From a virus (lineage: Duplodnaviria > Caudoviricetes): 64,000 bases of DNA. The position numbers and the translations under genes were made by a program. Below, piece by piece: positions 24,783-34,700 of the stretch. Numbering within the stretch: the first letter of the stretch is position 1; the number at the start of each line of letters is the position of its first letter. The notes below the pieces were generated by a model that was not told the DNA's origin, made no database searches, and worked only from the letters and a program-made list of their open reading frames with translations. Where the stretch lies: positions 96,001 to 160,000 of the IMG/VR virus record IMGVR_UViG_3300043754_000129; one strand, 5' to 3'.

Positions 24783-26129
24783 TTACGCCGTTGCTTCAGC
24801 AGGTTGTGCAGCTTCTGCTTCCACAGCCGCTGCTTCTTCCTTCGCTTCCTTTTCCAGCCAAGCGTTGGAGATGACCTTGAAGCTCTTGCCCGTTTCGTTG
24901 TCCTTGTAGACGACGCCTTCGCGCTTGCGCTTGCTGTCGAAGTAGCCCGGACCGTCGGCCTTCTTCAGCAAGTCCTTCATGTCTGCCGGCAGCTTCAGGT
25001 TTGCATCCAGCACGGGGATGTAGTCCAGCCCCAGTTGGTAAGCGATCTGACGCGCTTGACGCGGGTTGCACAAGAGGTTGCCGTTCAGGTAAGCACGGTA
25101 CATGTAGAACCGCACTTCGTTCAGACCTTCCTTGTTCTTGTTGTAACCCGGGCCAACCATCTCGCCCTGGATCGTGATCTTCTTGTCGCCCACGAACGGA
25201 ATGGCGCTGCTGTTCGCGTTCAGGGCTGCCAGACGACCACCGATGTCGTTGCGATGGAAGTAGGCCACCGTGGCATGCGACTGTGCAATGAAGCCCGACT
25301 TGTAGACCGGACGGGTCACTGCACCACCGCGCAGCTTACGCCACACGAAGCGGATCCAGTCGCTCACGAACACCCGCCGGCTTTCGCTCTTGGTGTACGG
25401 CACGTCCTTCACACGCAGGGCGTGGTTACGCGAGGCGGCACCGATTTCGCTCGTGTCCAGGTTCGTGTAGAATGTGGTGGATTCGCCGTCGAGTTTGATC
25501 GACAGTTCGCCATCACCACCAGCTTCCACCATCTGCTCGTAGAAGCCCTTCAGGTTCTGCACGCGCTCTTCGTCGGACTTCACGTGACCGTTCGGCCACG
25601 GCAGCTGCCCGTGTTGCACGATGCCCTTCGTCAGACGCGCACGGAAGCGCTCGAGCACGCCACTGAAACCCTTGCGCTCTTGTTCTTCACCAGCGGCCGC
25701 AGCATAGAGCTTGGCTTCTTCCGGCGAGACGTACTTGAGCACGCCGAGCGCATTGGTGACGTTCTGGCCGATCGACGCGCCTTCGGCATCCGTACCCACC
25801 AGATAGCTCATCGGCAGCGCCAGGCCCTGGGAAAGCGCCCCACGCAGGCGAATCGTCTTGATGGTGGCGAACTCCTTGTTCGTCCCCTTCTCGACGCGCA
25901 CGCGCAGGTACTTCTTGTCGAAGTCTTTCCACAGCGGATGATCCAGCGGAATCGCTGCATCGATTTCGAAGTAGACCACCGGTTCGCCGACCTGGTGTTC
26001 ACCCTTCATCACCACCACTTCCCAGCCCCCAACGACTGCGATCTCCAGGCGATCTGCCTTGGGGACCGGAAGCAGCTTTTCAATCTGCACAATCCGTGCC
26101 AGTTCCCGCGTATCTTCTTTGACGAACAT
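24783..26129 (-). CDS. RNA ligase, DRB0094/Rnl5-like family
   Basis: N-terminal ADRLEIAVVGGWEVVV...VVYFEIDA; motif I KLDGES; QGEMVG, EGVVYK and FKVISNAWL. Confidence 0.85.
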   Translation of the reverse strand: MFVKEDTRELARIVQIEKLLPVPKADRLEIAVVGGWEVVVMKGEHQVGEPVVYFEIDAAIPLDHPLWKDFDKKYLRVRVEKGTNKEFATIKTIRLRGALSQGLALPMSYLVGTDAEGASIGQNVTNALGVLKYVSPEEAKLYAAAAGEEQERKGFSGVLERFRARLTKGIVQHGQLPWPNGHVKSDEERVQNLKGFYEQMVEAGGDGELSIKLDGESTTFYTNLDTSEIGAASRNHALRVKDVPYTKSESRRVFVSDWIRFVWRKLRGGAVTRPVYKSGFIAQSHATVAYFHRNDIGGRLAALNANSSAIPFVGDKKITIQGEMVGPGYNKNKEGLNEVRFYMYRAYLNGNLLCNPRQARQIAYQLGLDYIPVLDANLKLPADMKDLLKKADGPGYFDSKRKREGVVYKDNETGKSFKVISNAWLEKEAKEEAAAVEAEAAQPAEATA

Positions 26130-26166
26130 CGTGTTGTTTCTCGTTCTAAGTTGTAGAGAGTACTGC

Positions 26167-26394
26167 TTACCGCTTGCGATTCATCGTGCGGCAGTAATAG
26201 AGGAACAAGCCGATGCGCTTGTAAATCCAGTACGGCCACGCGAGAATCAAGAAAACCGTCGCCATCCAGTAAGCGAGCCTACTGTTTTGGCAAGTGTCTA
26301 CGAGGGCCTGGTGTGCGTCCTTCTCCCGGCTAAACCAGAAGAGCCCCAGAATCAGGTAGATGACGCCAGCGTAGAGGAGTATCGTTTTAATCAC
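26167..26394 (-). CDS. Small membrane protein
   Basis: Two hydrophobic segments; LILAWPYW. Confidence 0.7.
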   Translation of the reverse strand: MIKTILLYAGVIYLILGLFWFSREKDAHQALVDTCQNSRLAYWMATVFLILAWPYWIYKRIGLFLYYCRTMNRKR

Positions 26395-26411
26395 AGTCAG
26401 GCCCCGTATGG

Positions 26412-26645
26412 TTATTTGGACTTCTTACGCGAGAAGGTGCAGAAATACACCGCTCGCCAGATCCAGCGACTCACCGGCCAGAAGACGATGAGCAACAGCG
26501 CGACGAGCGGTGCTACGCGCGGATGGTAACGACTGAATGCCACCATCGGGTCGTGCAACAGCGGTACACGGCGAAGGTGTCGGATCCCCAGATAGAACCA
26601 TACCAAAGCTATCGCGAGGACCACGAGGTCATGCTTCAGATACAT
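26412..26645 (-). CDS. Small membrane protein
   Basis: Two TM-like segments ending LIVFWPV, similar in layout to the neighbouring gene. Confidence 0.65.
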   Translation of the reverse strand: MYLKHDLVVLAIALVWFYLGIRHLRRVPLLHDPMVAFSRYHPRVAPLVALLLIVFWPVSRWIWRAVYFCTFSRKKSK

Positions 26646-27051
26646 GTTCTTGCAACTCCTGATTGTTATCGACATAACCCACGATCTCCCGACCGTCGGT
26701 TGCTTCCACGTCGTGTCGACCAAGATACTCAGTCAAGATTTCGCGAAAGAGGTATCGGTGACACTTCGCACCTGCGGGACAGTAACAGGCGAGTGCCACG
26801 TTCTCTGGAAGATCGACCAGCTTCTGCCATTCGTCCGGAGCATCCCGCTGCGTCTCCCGCATATGCAAACGATAACGACGCTCGTACTCGTCCCAGGTCA
26901 TGCCGTGGTGCTTGTAGGCGCGCAGATCGCTATAGACAGGAGCGAAGGCAGGATTGCCAGACTTGGCCGTGATGTCAAGAAGATGTATGCCAAGCTCACG
27001 CACCAAACGCCACTTGGCCAGCTGTACCGTGTGGAGTCTAATCCGTTTCAT
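26629..27051 (-). CDS. DUF488-like protein
   Basis: VALACYC...KCHRYL motif; start at MKRIRL. Confidence 0.6.
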   Translation of the reverse strand: MKRIRLHTVQLAKWRLVRELGIHLLDITAKSGNPAFAPVYSDLRAYKHHGMTWDEYERRYRLHMRETQRDAPDEWQKLVDLPENVALACYCPAGAKCHRYLFREILTEYLGRHDVEATDGREIVGYVDNNQELQEHVSEA

Positions 27052-27080
27052 GTTCTTCCCCAACAAAAAGAAAAGGTGGT

Positions 27081-27118
27081 GGCATAAGGCAGGAAGGTCG
27101 CCCCTCCCGCCTTATGCT
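27081..27118. terminator. CATA...TATG-footed hairpin
   Basis: GGCATAAGGC...GCCTTATGC with an upstream A-tract. Confidence 0.6.
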
Positions 27119-27142
27119 TGGCATGACTCAGCCCAGGGCCGA

Positions 27143-27637
27143 TTACTCGGCGAAGGCCTTGGCCGCCGACGCGACGGACAGCTGCTTGACCTTCTTCAGC
27201 TCGCCGACCGATTCGGCCGCGTACATGCGGTGCGCAACACGCAGCGCGCCGTGCTGGACAGCCGTGCCCGTCGTACCGTCTTCGTTGCGCGACGGAACCG
27301 TGCGCGAGCGATCGTACGTCATTTCGAACGCGTCCTTCTTGACCGTCGGGATCTCGAAGGTGGCGCGTTGCACGTCGGCGTGCTTCTTCAGCGACGCTTC
27401 GGCGACCTGGCTGAACGCGTGCGCCGCGGCGGCCGCGAAACGAGCGTTGTGGTTCTGGAGGTCTTCGATGTGCTTGACGGTGATGTGCTCGGGCAGCGTC
27501 GACGCGTAGAAGTTCGTGTCGATCGAGGCGACGCCCGTCTTGTGGTCGATCGTGATCGCTTTCTTGATCTGGTTCGCGAACTCGATGGTTTCCGGCTTCA
27601 GGGCGATTTCTTTGACAGCAGTGGTGGCTTCGGACAT
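27143..27637 (-). CDS. Conserved phage hypothetical protein
   Basis: 164-aa ORF with very strong codon bias. Confidence 0.75.
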   Translation of the reverse strand: MSEATTAVKEIALKPETIEFANQIKKAITIDHKTGVASIDTNFYASTLPEHITVKHIEDLQNHNARFAAAAAHAFSQVAEASLKKHADVQRATFEIPTVKKDAFEMTYDRSRTVPSRNEDGTTGTAVQHGALRVAHRMYAAESVGELKKVKQLSVASAAKAFAE

Positions 27638-27719
27638 GATGCTTTCTCTCTTGTGAAAAATGGATGGGAACTAAACCTTGCGCAAGGTTCGGTTTGGGGA
27701 AGTTACTGCACAGGACGCA

Positions 27720-28313
27720 TTACGACTTGCGAAAGTCTCCCCGGGTATTGGTCCTGTTGTTGGAAGGAGGGGGTGCGCGTCGCTGCGTGCGGTCGCCGTA
27801 GGGTCGGTTATTTTCCAGACCACGACGCGGCGCGGTAGTACGACGATCGGAATCCGTGGTGGACGGGTTGCGACGATCGACAACACGAGGTGCGTTGAAT
27901 TGCGGAGCAGGGGCAGCCGGCGGGACTTCGATCACCGGGGCGGCTTCTTTCTCGATGCGGCACTTCTTGAGTACCGGACCGGAGATGAGTTTGCCCTTGA
28001 TGACCGTGTTGCCAGCTTCGAGTGCTTGGCGCACTTTGATGTGGCCGAGCAACACCGTGAACTTGCCTTCTTGCTTGTAGAACACGACAAACTGTTCGAC
28101 GTACTCGGGCAGGACCGGTTCGTGCTTGGCGACCGTGAGTTCCGCATGGGCGGGATCTTGTTGGTCAGCGGCAAGCTTGGTCAGGCCGACGAGGTTGAGG
28201 TCGTCCAGCTTTACTTCGATCGGAGGGGCCGTCTTCACTTGGGCGTGAAGCTGACCCAGGCGATACTCCTCACCCTTGAAGAGGAGTTTGTGACCGTCGC
28301 GATTTTTTTCCAT
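27720..28313 (-). CDS. Hypothetical protein, degenerate ParB/Srx-like core with an R/P-rich tail
   Basis: VVFYKQEGKFTVLLGHIKVRQALEAG resembles the ParB-N G(H)R region. Confidence 0.55.
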   Translation of the reverse strand: MEKNRDGHKLLFKGEEYRLGQLHAQVKTAPPIEVKLDDLNLVGLTKLAADQQDPAHAELTVAKHEPVLPEYVEQFVVFYKQEGKFTVLLGHIKVRQALEAGNTVIKGKLISGPVLKKCRIEKEAAPVIEVPPAAPAPQFNAPRVVDRRNPSTTDSDRRTTAPRRGLENNRPYGDRTQRRAPPPSNNRTNTRGDFRKS

Positions 28314-28440
28314 TGTCTCGTTTAAAAAGGTAGGTTGTATTGAACCATACTAGACGGGTGTTGGGTAAGAAATACCTAGATTTCTCAGGTATGCGTCAGT
28401 AGAGTGATATGTGGTTATTTCATCTTTGAATCGAGTAGGC

Positions 28441-28476
28441 GGCATAAACGCCCGGGTTGCCCCGGGCGCCTATGAC
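28441..28476. terminator. CATA...TATG-footed hairpin
   Basis: GGCATAAACGCCCGGG-TTGC-CCCGGGCGCCTATG. Confidence 0.65.
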
Positions 28477-28482
28477 GTGATC

Positions 28483-29241
28483 TTACCAGTTCAGGTAGAT
28501 CGGCTTCGTTTCACCCGGGATCTGATCCCAGCCCAGGCTCGTGAAGAGCTCGGCCGTGTTCAGGCGGATCGACTCTTGGGCTACACCATGCGTGGGCAAC
28601 TCCAGCGCACGTTCAAAGTGACGCTTGCTGAACGTGAGGTCGCTGATCTCTTCCAGAGCAGGCGATTGGAACTTGTTCGCAATTGCGATGCCCGGCTCGT
28701 TCACGTAGTCCCACGTGACGATGTTGCGCAAGATGCGGTTGGTCGTGCGACCATAGCTCTCATCACGCGTGAACGCACGAATCGAGAAGCTCACGTTCTC
28801 ATTCGGGTTCTCGAACGAGGCAGCGAGCGCCGGACCATTCGGCCCCATCGGCTTGACCTTCCCGATGATGGCGATGATGGGGCGACCGTCCTTGTCCTTG
28901 TAGTCGTCGAAGTTCAGCTCCACACTCTTGATGTGGTGGCTCACGCACTCTTCGTAGATCGAGAGAATGCGCTGAGCAAAGCTGTCCATCGACTGACCCG
29001 GCATCAACTTCGGGTGACCATACTCACCGCGCAGTGCGCCCGATGTCACACGCCGCATGAGTTGGCTGGAACCGAGGAACAGTTCCTTGGCCGGTTCGTA
29101 CGGGTAGTACTGGTTGGCCGAGTTGTAGACGTTCAGCCCACCGAGGACCACTTCGTAGTAGCCATCAGCGTCGGCACGGATGATCCCGGCCTTGTTGGTC
29201 CCATTGAGGGCCGTGAATCCGAATCGGATAAAGTTGCTCAT
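28483..29241 (-). CDS. Prohead maturation protease (phiKZ gp175-like)
   Basis: LRGEYGHP, FSIRAF and TWDYVNEPG motifs; synteny. Confidence 0.88.
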   Translation of the reverse strand: MSNFIRFGFTALNGTNKAGIIRADADGYYEVVLGGLNVYNSANQYYPYEPAKELFLGSSQLMRRVTSGALRGEYGHPKLMPGQSMDSFAQRILSIYEECVSHHIKSVELNFDDYKDKDGRPIIAIIGKVKPMGPNGPALAASFENPNENVSFSIRAFTRDESYGRTTNRILRNIVTWDYVNEPGIAIANKFQSPALEEISDLTFSKRHFERALELPTHGVAQESIRLNTAELFTSLGWDQIPGETKPIYLNW

Positions 29242-29258
29242 GACGATGCACCAAACAG

Positions 29259-29984
29259 TTAGGCTTGGAGGATCGCGTCGAGACGTTCCAGGCGATCGGT
29301 GGGGTTCACCAATGCACTGACCACCCCGCGGCTGAAGTAACTACCAGCCAGCTTGTTAAGGGTGTTACTCGCTGCGAATTCCACCGAGCGCAAGGGAATG
29401 AAGACGGGCGGACTCGTGACCAGATCATGCAAACCCGTGATCGTGGTCCGGTAGTGCTTGTTACGGTCCTTGGCATCCCGTGCCACGAGCGACACCAGCA
29501 ACTCTGTCACTTCGTGGTTCTGGCCGATGTTCGCGCCAGCATGTTCTTTGGCAGTGTCAAAGATCAGCGCCATGTCCGTGTACGACAGGTACCACGGCGT
29601 GTGACCTCCGGCAATGATTTCGTTATAGATCTTGTAAACAAACGAGTCCGTCTTGAGCAGATCCAGCAACGGAATCACCGTCGAGCCTTTCTCGAATTCG
29701 AATTCGTAATACTCGTCTTCGTCGATCAACACCTTGATCATCGACGTCGGCGAGATCGGAACCATCGCATTGATGAGCGAGACGGCGTAGAACGAGTCGT
29801 CCACCGTCATCGCATACACGCCACAGATCTGCGTCTCAATCCCAATCGAAGCCAACCCCCGCTCGGCGAACCGAGTGGGGATATAGATCTTCACCGGCTT
29901 GAGCGCCACCAGGCGCCCATCCTCTGTTTCTGTCAAGGCAGCCTTCACCTTGTTGGCATCACGCACGAGGTGATGAAAGTTCAT
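29259..29984 (-). CDS. Virion protein (gp176-like)
   Basis: Synteny between the protease and vRNAP genes. Confidence 0.65.
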   Translation of the reverse strand: MNFHHLVRDANKVKAALTETEDGRLVALKPVKIYIPTRFAERGLASIGIETQICGVYAMTVDDSFYAVSLINAMVPISPTSMIKVLIDEDEYYEFEFEKGSTVIPLLDLLKTDSFVYKIYNEIIAGGHTPWYLSYTDMALIFDTAKEHAGANIGQNHEVTELLVSLVARDAKDRNKHYRTTITGLHDLVTSPPVFIPLRSVEFAASNTLNKLAGSYFSRGVVSALVNPTDRLERLDAILQA

Positions 29985-30024
29985 TACTACTCTCCACAGT
30001 TAGACAGAGGATGGATCGAAAGGC

Positions 30025-31458
30025 TTAGATGGGGGTGACCCGCATCATGCCCGCCACCCAATCCGCCACGTAGTTGATGGTGGAAATCGTCGCGGCTTCA
30101 CGCACGCTCAGACTCGGGTTCTCGCGCTTGGCTTGTTCCATGCCGAGCAGGATCTGTTCTGCATCGGTCTTCCAGAAACGCGCACGGCAGACGACCTTCA
30201 GGCACAGCGTCCAGAGGTCATCGACGTCGGTGCTGCGGATGCCCGCGAGCACGTTCTCGAACAGACGACGAACCGTGGCCAGGTTGTTTTCCAGGCCGTC
30301 TTCATTCGCCGCCAGTTCTTGCAGCTGCGAGTTGAAGTGCAGTTCGATGAAGTCCTTCGTCTTGTTGAAGCGCTTGTTGGCTTCGGCCGTCTTCACGAGA
30401 CCAGCGTGCAGGGCCCACTTCTCGCCGAGCGCTTGCTTCTCGTTCGTGAGATCCGACAGGCTCACGAGGAAGCTCTTGCCGCGCAGGGCGTTGGCGAACA
30501 GCATCTCGTTGGTGCCGCCGCTTTCGAGGAACTTGCGGTACAGCGGATCGTACACGACCGTCTTCGTGCCACCGATCACATCACGCACCAGGATGCCGTT
30601 CTTGATCGAGCGTTCGATCTTGTCCAGCGCACGCGAGAGTTGACCGGCTGCCTGATTGCGGAAGTCGACGATCTGTTGCTTGTACGAGTTCAGGCCCATC
30701 TGCGTACCCGGCAGCGGCTTGCTGTCGGTGAGCTTGCGCGCGAACAGGAAGATGGCCAGTGCGTTTTGCACGCCGTACTGACGATCGGTGATGAGACCGA
30801 GGAAGCTCTTCGGTTGCTCGACCGGCTTCTGTTGGAACACATGCGTCCAGATGTAGCGCAGGAGCATGTCGTCCTTCGAAAGCCATTCGGCGATCGACGC
30901 ATCGATTTGGGCCGAGCCCGTCGACACGAGTTCACGCAGTTCGTCGTCGCTCTGGTCCGGCAGGTTCAGCGTGAGCGGCAGGTCTTCGATGTGCATGTCC
31001 TCGAACTTGCGGATCGACGCTTGGAACTGCGGGTTCTCGAGCGGCGCCGGTTCGCACATCACGTCGACTTCCATGCCCAGCAATGCCGAGGCGTCGATTT
31101 CTGCAAGCGAGGCCTTGACGCGCGTGTACAGGTCGTTCACGACCGGCACCACCACCGTCTTGGCGAAGTTCAGGTGGTTGCGCACGTGGGTGATCACGTT
31201 GCCGGCCACTTCGTCCATCGTGGCGTTGTGATGCGACACGCCGCCGAAGACTTCTTGCACCTTGTTAGCCATCATCGCAACCTTGGCGACGAAGACTTCG
31301 TTGTTGCCACCCGACGCATCGAGCAGCGCGGGGTCCGAGCGCGTCGCGGTCACGAGCGCAGCCAGCGGGCTGCCCGAAACCGGATAGAGCGCTTGGCGTT
31401 GACCTTCCAGACGCTCAGCCAGTGCGAGCGCGGACATCAGGGTATTCTGATTCAGCAT
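30025..31458 (-). CDS. Virion protein (gp177-like)
   Basis: 477 aa, AAGGAG RBS, synteny. Confidence 0.65.
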   Translation of the reverse strand: MLNQNTLMSALALAERLEGQRQALYPVSGSPLAALVTATRSDPALLDASGGNNEVFVAKVAMMANKVQEVFGGVSHHNATMDEVAGNVITHVRNHLNFAKTVVVPVVNDLYTRVKASLAEIDASALLGMEVDVMCEPAPLENPQFQASIRKFEDMHIEDLPLTLNLPDQSDDELRELVSTGSAQIDASIAEWLSKDDMLLRYIWTHVFQQKPVEQPKSFLGLITDRQYGVQNALAIFLFARKLTDSKPLPGTQMGLNSYKQQIVDFRNQAAGQLSRALDKIERSIKNGILVRDVIGGTKTVVYDPLYRKFLESGGTNEMLFANALRGKSFLVSLSDLTNEKQALGEKWALHAGLVKTAEANKRFNKTKDFIELHFNSQLQELAANEDGLENNLATVRRLFENVLAGIRSTDVDDLWTLCLKVVCRARFWKTDAEQILLGMEQAKRENPSLSVREAATISTINYVADWVAGMMRVTPI

Positions 31459-31468
31459 GGGGCGCTCC

Positions 31469-31693
31469 TTAGACAGCCTGGGCCGTGGTGTTCGAGTCCG
31501 GGGCCGTGATGAACGGCTTCAGACCCGCCTGGAATCGTGCCAGGGCGATTTCGTTGATCAGGTCGCCAGAGAGGGCCGAGCCTTCGATCGTGTCTGCGAC
31601 GTCGTTGCCGACAACGCCCTGAATGATGACGCGCGTGAGTTCCGTGGCATTCGCCAACGTCACCAGCGTCTTTTCAGTTTCCCGATTCTGCAT
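31469..31693 (-). CDS. Small hypothetical protein
   Basis: AAGGAA RBS; directly precedes the RBS of 31458. Confidence 0.65.
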   Translation of the reverse strand: MQNRETEKTLVTLANATELTRVIIQGVVGNDVADTIEGSALSGDLINEIALARFQAGLKPFITAPDSNTTAQAV

Positions 31694-31725
31694 GAAAGTT
31701 CCTTGTCAGCAATGACAACACAAAC

Positions 31726-31768
31726 AAAAAAAGATAGACAGTCCCCGGAGCCCGAAGACTCCGAGGAC
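31726..31768 (-). terminator. Rho-independent terminator after the vRNAP beta-like gene
   Basis: Minus strand GTCCTCGGAGTC-TTCG-GGCTCCGGGGAC followed by a T-tract. Confidence 0.7.
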
Positions 31769-31779
31769 CATCCAGGGGC

Positions 31780-34700
31780 TTACGTTTGACCGTTATAGAT
31801 CTTGACGGCCTTGCTGGCGATCACCTTCAGCAGCGTGGTGGTTGTGCCGATGATGTCAGGCGAGGACACGATCCGGTTTGCAACCGAGGTTGCCCCGAAC
31901 ACTGCATCCACCTCCACTCCCGACTCCGTGAGCAGCTCGTGCTCCATGATCTCACCGAACACGGTCTTCAGCTGATTGCCAAAGACGCCCTTATCACCGA
32001 TACCCACAGCCACGTCACCCGTGATGTAGATCTTGATCGCCGCAGTATCGAGCAGCAGAGGATTGCCATCGACGCGGAAGCCTTCGTCCACACTACCCGT
32101 GTAGCCCTTGTGTCCAACCGAGCGGCTCTTCTTCAAGAACAGTCGATCCGACTCAACGGCCAGAGCACGCAGGCTCTCGCTCATGTCTTCGAGTTCACCG
32201 TGGTAGAACACCTCGATGCGCTCGATGAAACCCTTGGACTTCGCCTTGGGAGTCTGAGCCGACAGGATACGCAGTGTGTCGAGCGATTGCTCGTCAAACA
32301 GGCGATTGCCCGCGGTGACGGCGTCCTCAATGACGCATAAAATATCCTCGCTTTCCACCCCCGTGCCCACTTTCAACAGCTTGTGGACCTGTTGGTCGAA
32401 GTTCACCACGATGGTACGCGTCTTGGTAAGCTTCGTCGACAGCAGCTCGGCTGTCTTCTTGGAAATCGCCGAGGAGTCTTCCAGCGTCGTCATTGCTTCC
32501 ATCAGAACCGTCTTCACCGTGATGGTGTTCTTCATCATCACGCCGCCCGGGTTCAGAGGATCCTTGGTGAAGAAGCCATCGTTGTAACAGATGAGTTCGC
32601 CCGGCATGAAGGTGTGACCTGCCTTCATGTCCGACTTCACCAGGTGCGGGACCGTCAGGCCAGCAGCGTCACCAAAGCGGCGACCCAGCTCAAAGCCCTT
32701 GACCTCGCCGTCGTCATACTGCACGACGATCCCGTGTTCATTCGCCGACACCACCTTGCCGCCCTTCTTCGCCGTCATGGCAAAGAGGTCGCCGGTACGG
32801 TGCGCGATCACCTGTTCATAGCCCGTGCGCACCTGAGCCGGTTGGTAACCCTTACAGGCCAGCAAGTGCGAGTTCTGAATCGAGGTGAAGTTCGTCCGCT
32901 TCGGGTCATCCCGATCCAGACCCGGACCGAGCAATGCCGAGGAGGACAGCAGAGGTGTTGCACCCTGCTCCTCAAACTTGTACGTCTTGGACAGTCCACG
33001 CAACGACGTGAACTGCGGATCCGCCGACGTGTACGTGTTGATTGCCACGTCCGAGGAGTCCACCGTTGCTTCCGAGATCGTGCCCATGTCGTTCTTATGG
33101 TAGACACGCGTGGCCTTCGTCATGGAGCGCCCACCACGACCACCCGTACCTGCATAGGTGACCGCTTCAATCTCCTTCAAGTTCTGAATCGGATTGATTT
33201 CGCTGATCTGGACTTTCGCCGGATCCTGCGTGATGTTCTTCCAGACTTGGAACGGGTTCAGGTCGATCGGCGTACGGCTCTTACCAATCTTGCCGTTGTG
33301 CACCCGAATCGAGCGCACGATTTCCGAGTAGACGGCACCCGCCATCCGTTCGTAACCCTTGATGCGCATCCACTTCGAGTCGAGCTCGTCGGGGTGCGTT
33401 TCCACGAGCAACATGTCGCAGGCGCGCATGAGCAAGCCTTGGTAGTCCGTCGGCTCCTTCATGTCCTCGAGCAGTTCCTTCGTGATCGGATCGATGAACA
33501 GCTGATACTGCAAATCGATCTCACGCAGGTAGCGCTGGCTTGCACCACCGCCTTCGAGAATGTTCAGGTACACGCCACGCTTGTCGAACTCATGCACCGG
33601 ATACAGACGAATCTGACGATGATACTCATTGAAGCCCGCGAGCACCATCGAAGCAAACGCATCCGTGCGCTTGAAGACGAGCGTTTCGTCTTGGAAGACG
33701 ATCGCGTACTCATCCGGACCCAGACCCACACGCATGCCAGCCGGCACCCGACGCGGCTCCACACGCAAGAGCTTCACGAGCTTGGAGATACCCATCTCGT
33801 AACCGAGCACCACGGCGAGCGGCACGTCGCGACCGAGGATCTTCACTTGCGCGAATTCCACCGGCGCCTTCTCAGGCGGCAGGTTGAGCAGGTGCTCCAT
33901 CGGACCCAAAGCGATCAGCGGATTCTGCAACTTCATGCCGCCAACCATCGGACCATCGGCCAGCACGTAGACCGTACCCATCTTGTCCATGAGCACTGCC
34001 CGGTTGGCATTGTCCCGACCGCAGACTGTCATGCCGTCCTTTTCCCACTTCTTGATGACTGCCGGCCCCACGAGCGCTTCACGCTGCGTGTGATCGAAGT
34101 TGAAGTGCAGGGCGAGCGCACCGGTCGTGCGCGGATACGTCGTCGGCGTGATCACGAACTCCTTAAAGCTCATGGCCAGCGTCGAGTACATCTTCGGAGC
34201 CGGGAACAGATTGTCAAAGACATCGGCCGTGTGCATGTCGGTGACGAGACCATCTGCACGGTCCAGACCCATCGACATGATGTTGTTGGTGACCCACGCA
34301 CCGTAGTCGTTCACCTTCTTGGTCGAACGCGACACGAACACCTTACCGTAGTAAGAGGTCAGTGCCACACGGTCTGGGGCGATCTTGCGAATCGGCAAGT
34401 CACCACGTTGCTTACGCACCCGATACTTCACGCCGTTGCTCGTGAAGGTACCGTCGTCGTTGATCACCGGCAGGCGGAAGCGCAGCGTCGAGCTCGCACC
34501 ATCGACCGGAGTGACCCGTGCCGTATAGATGCGGTACTGACCCATGATGTCATCCACGTCTTCCACATCGTAGTCCGTGAGACACAGACCCGCCTGTTGA
34601 AGGTTGAGCACCATGCTCGCCACGTCCTTCTGCATGACCTTCTTGATGTAGTCCGAATCGAACGTCAAGAGCGTCGACTTGAGCATCGACTTATCGGTCA

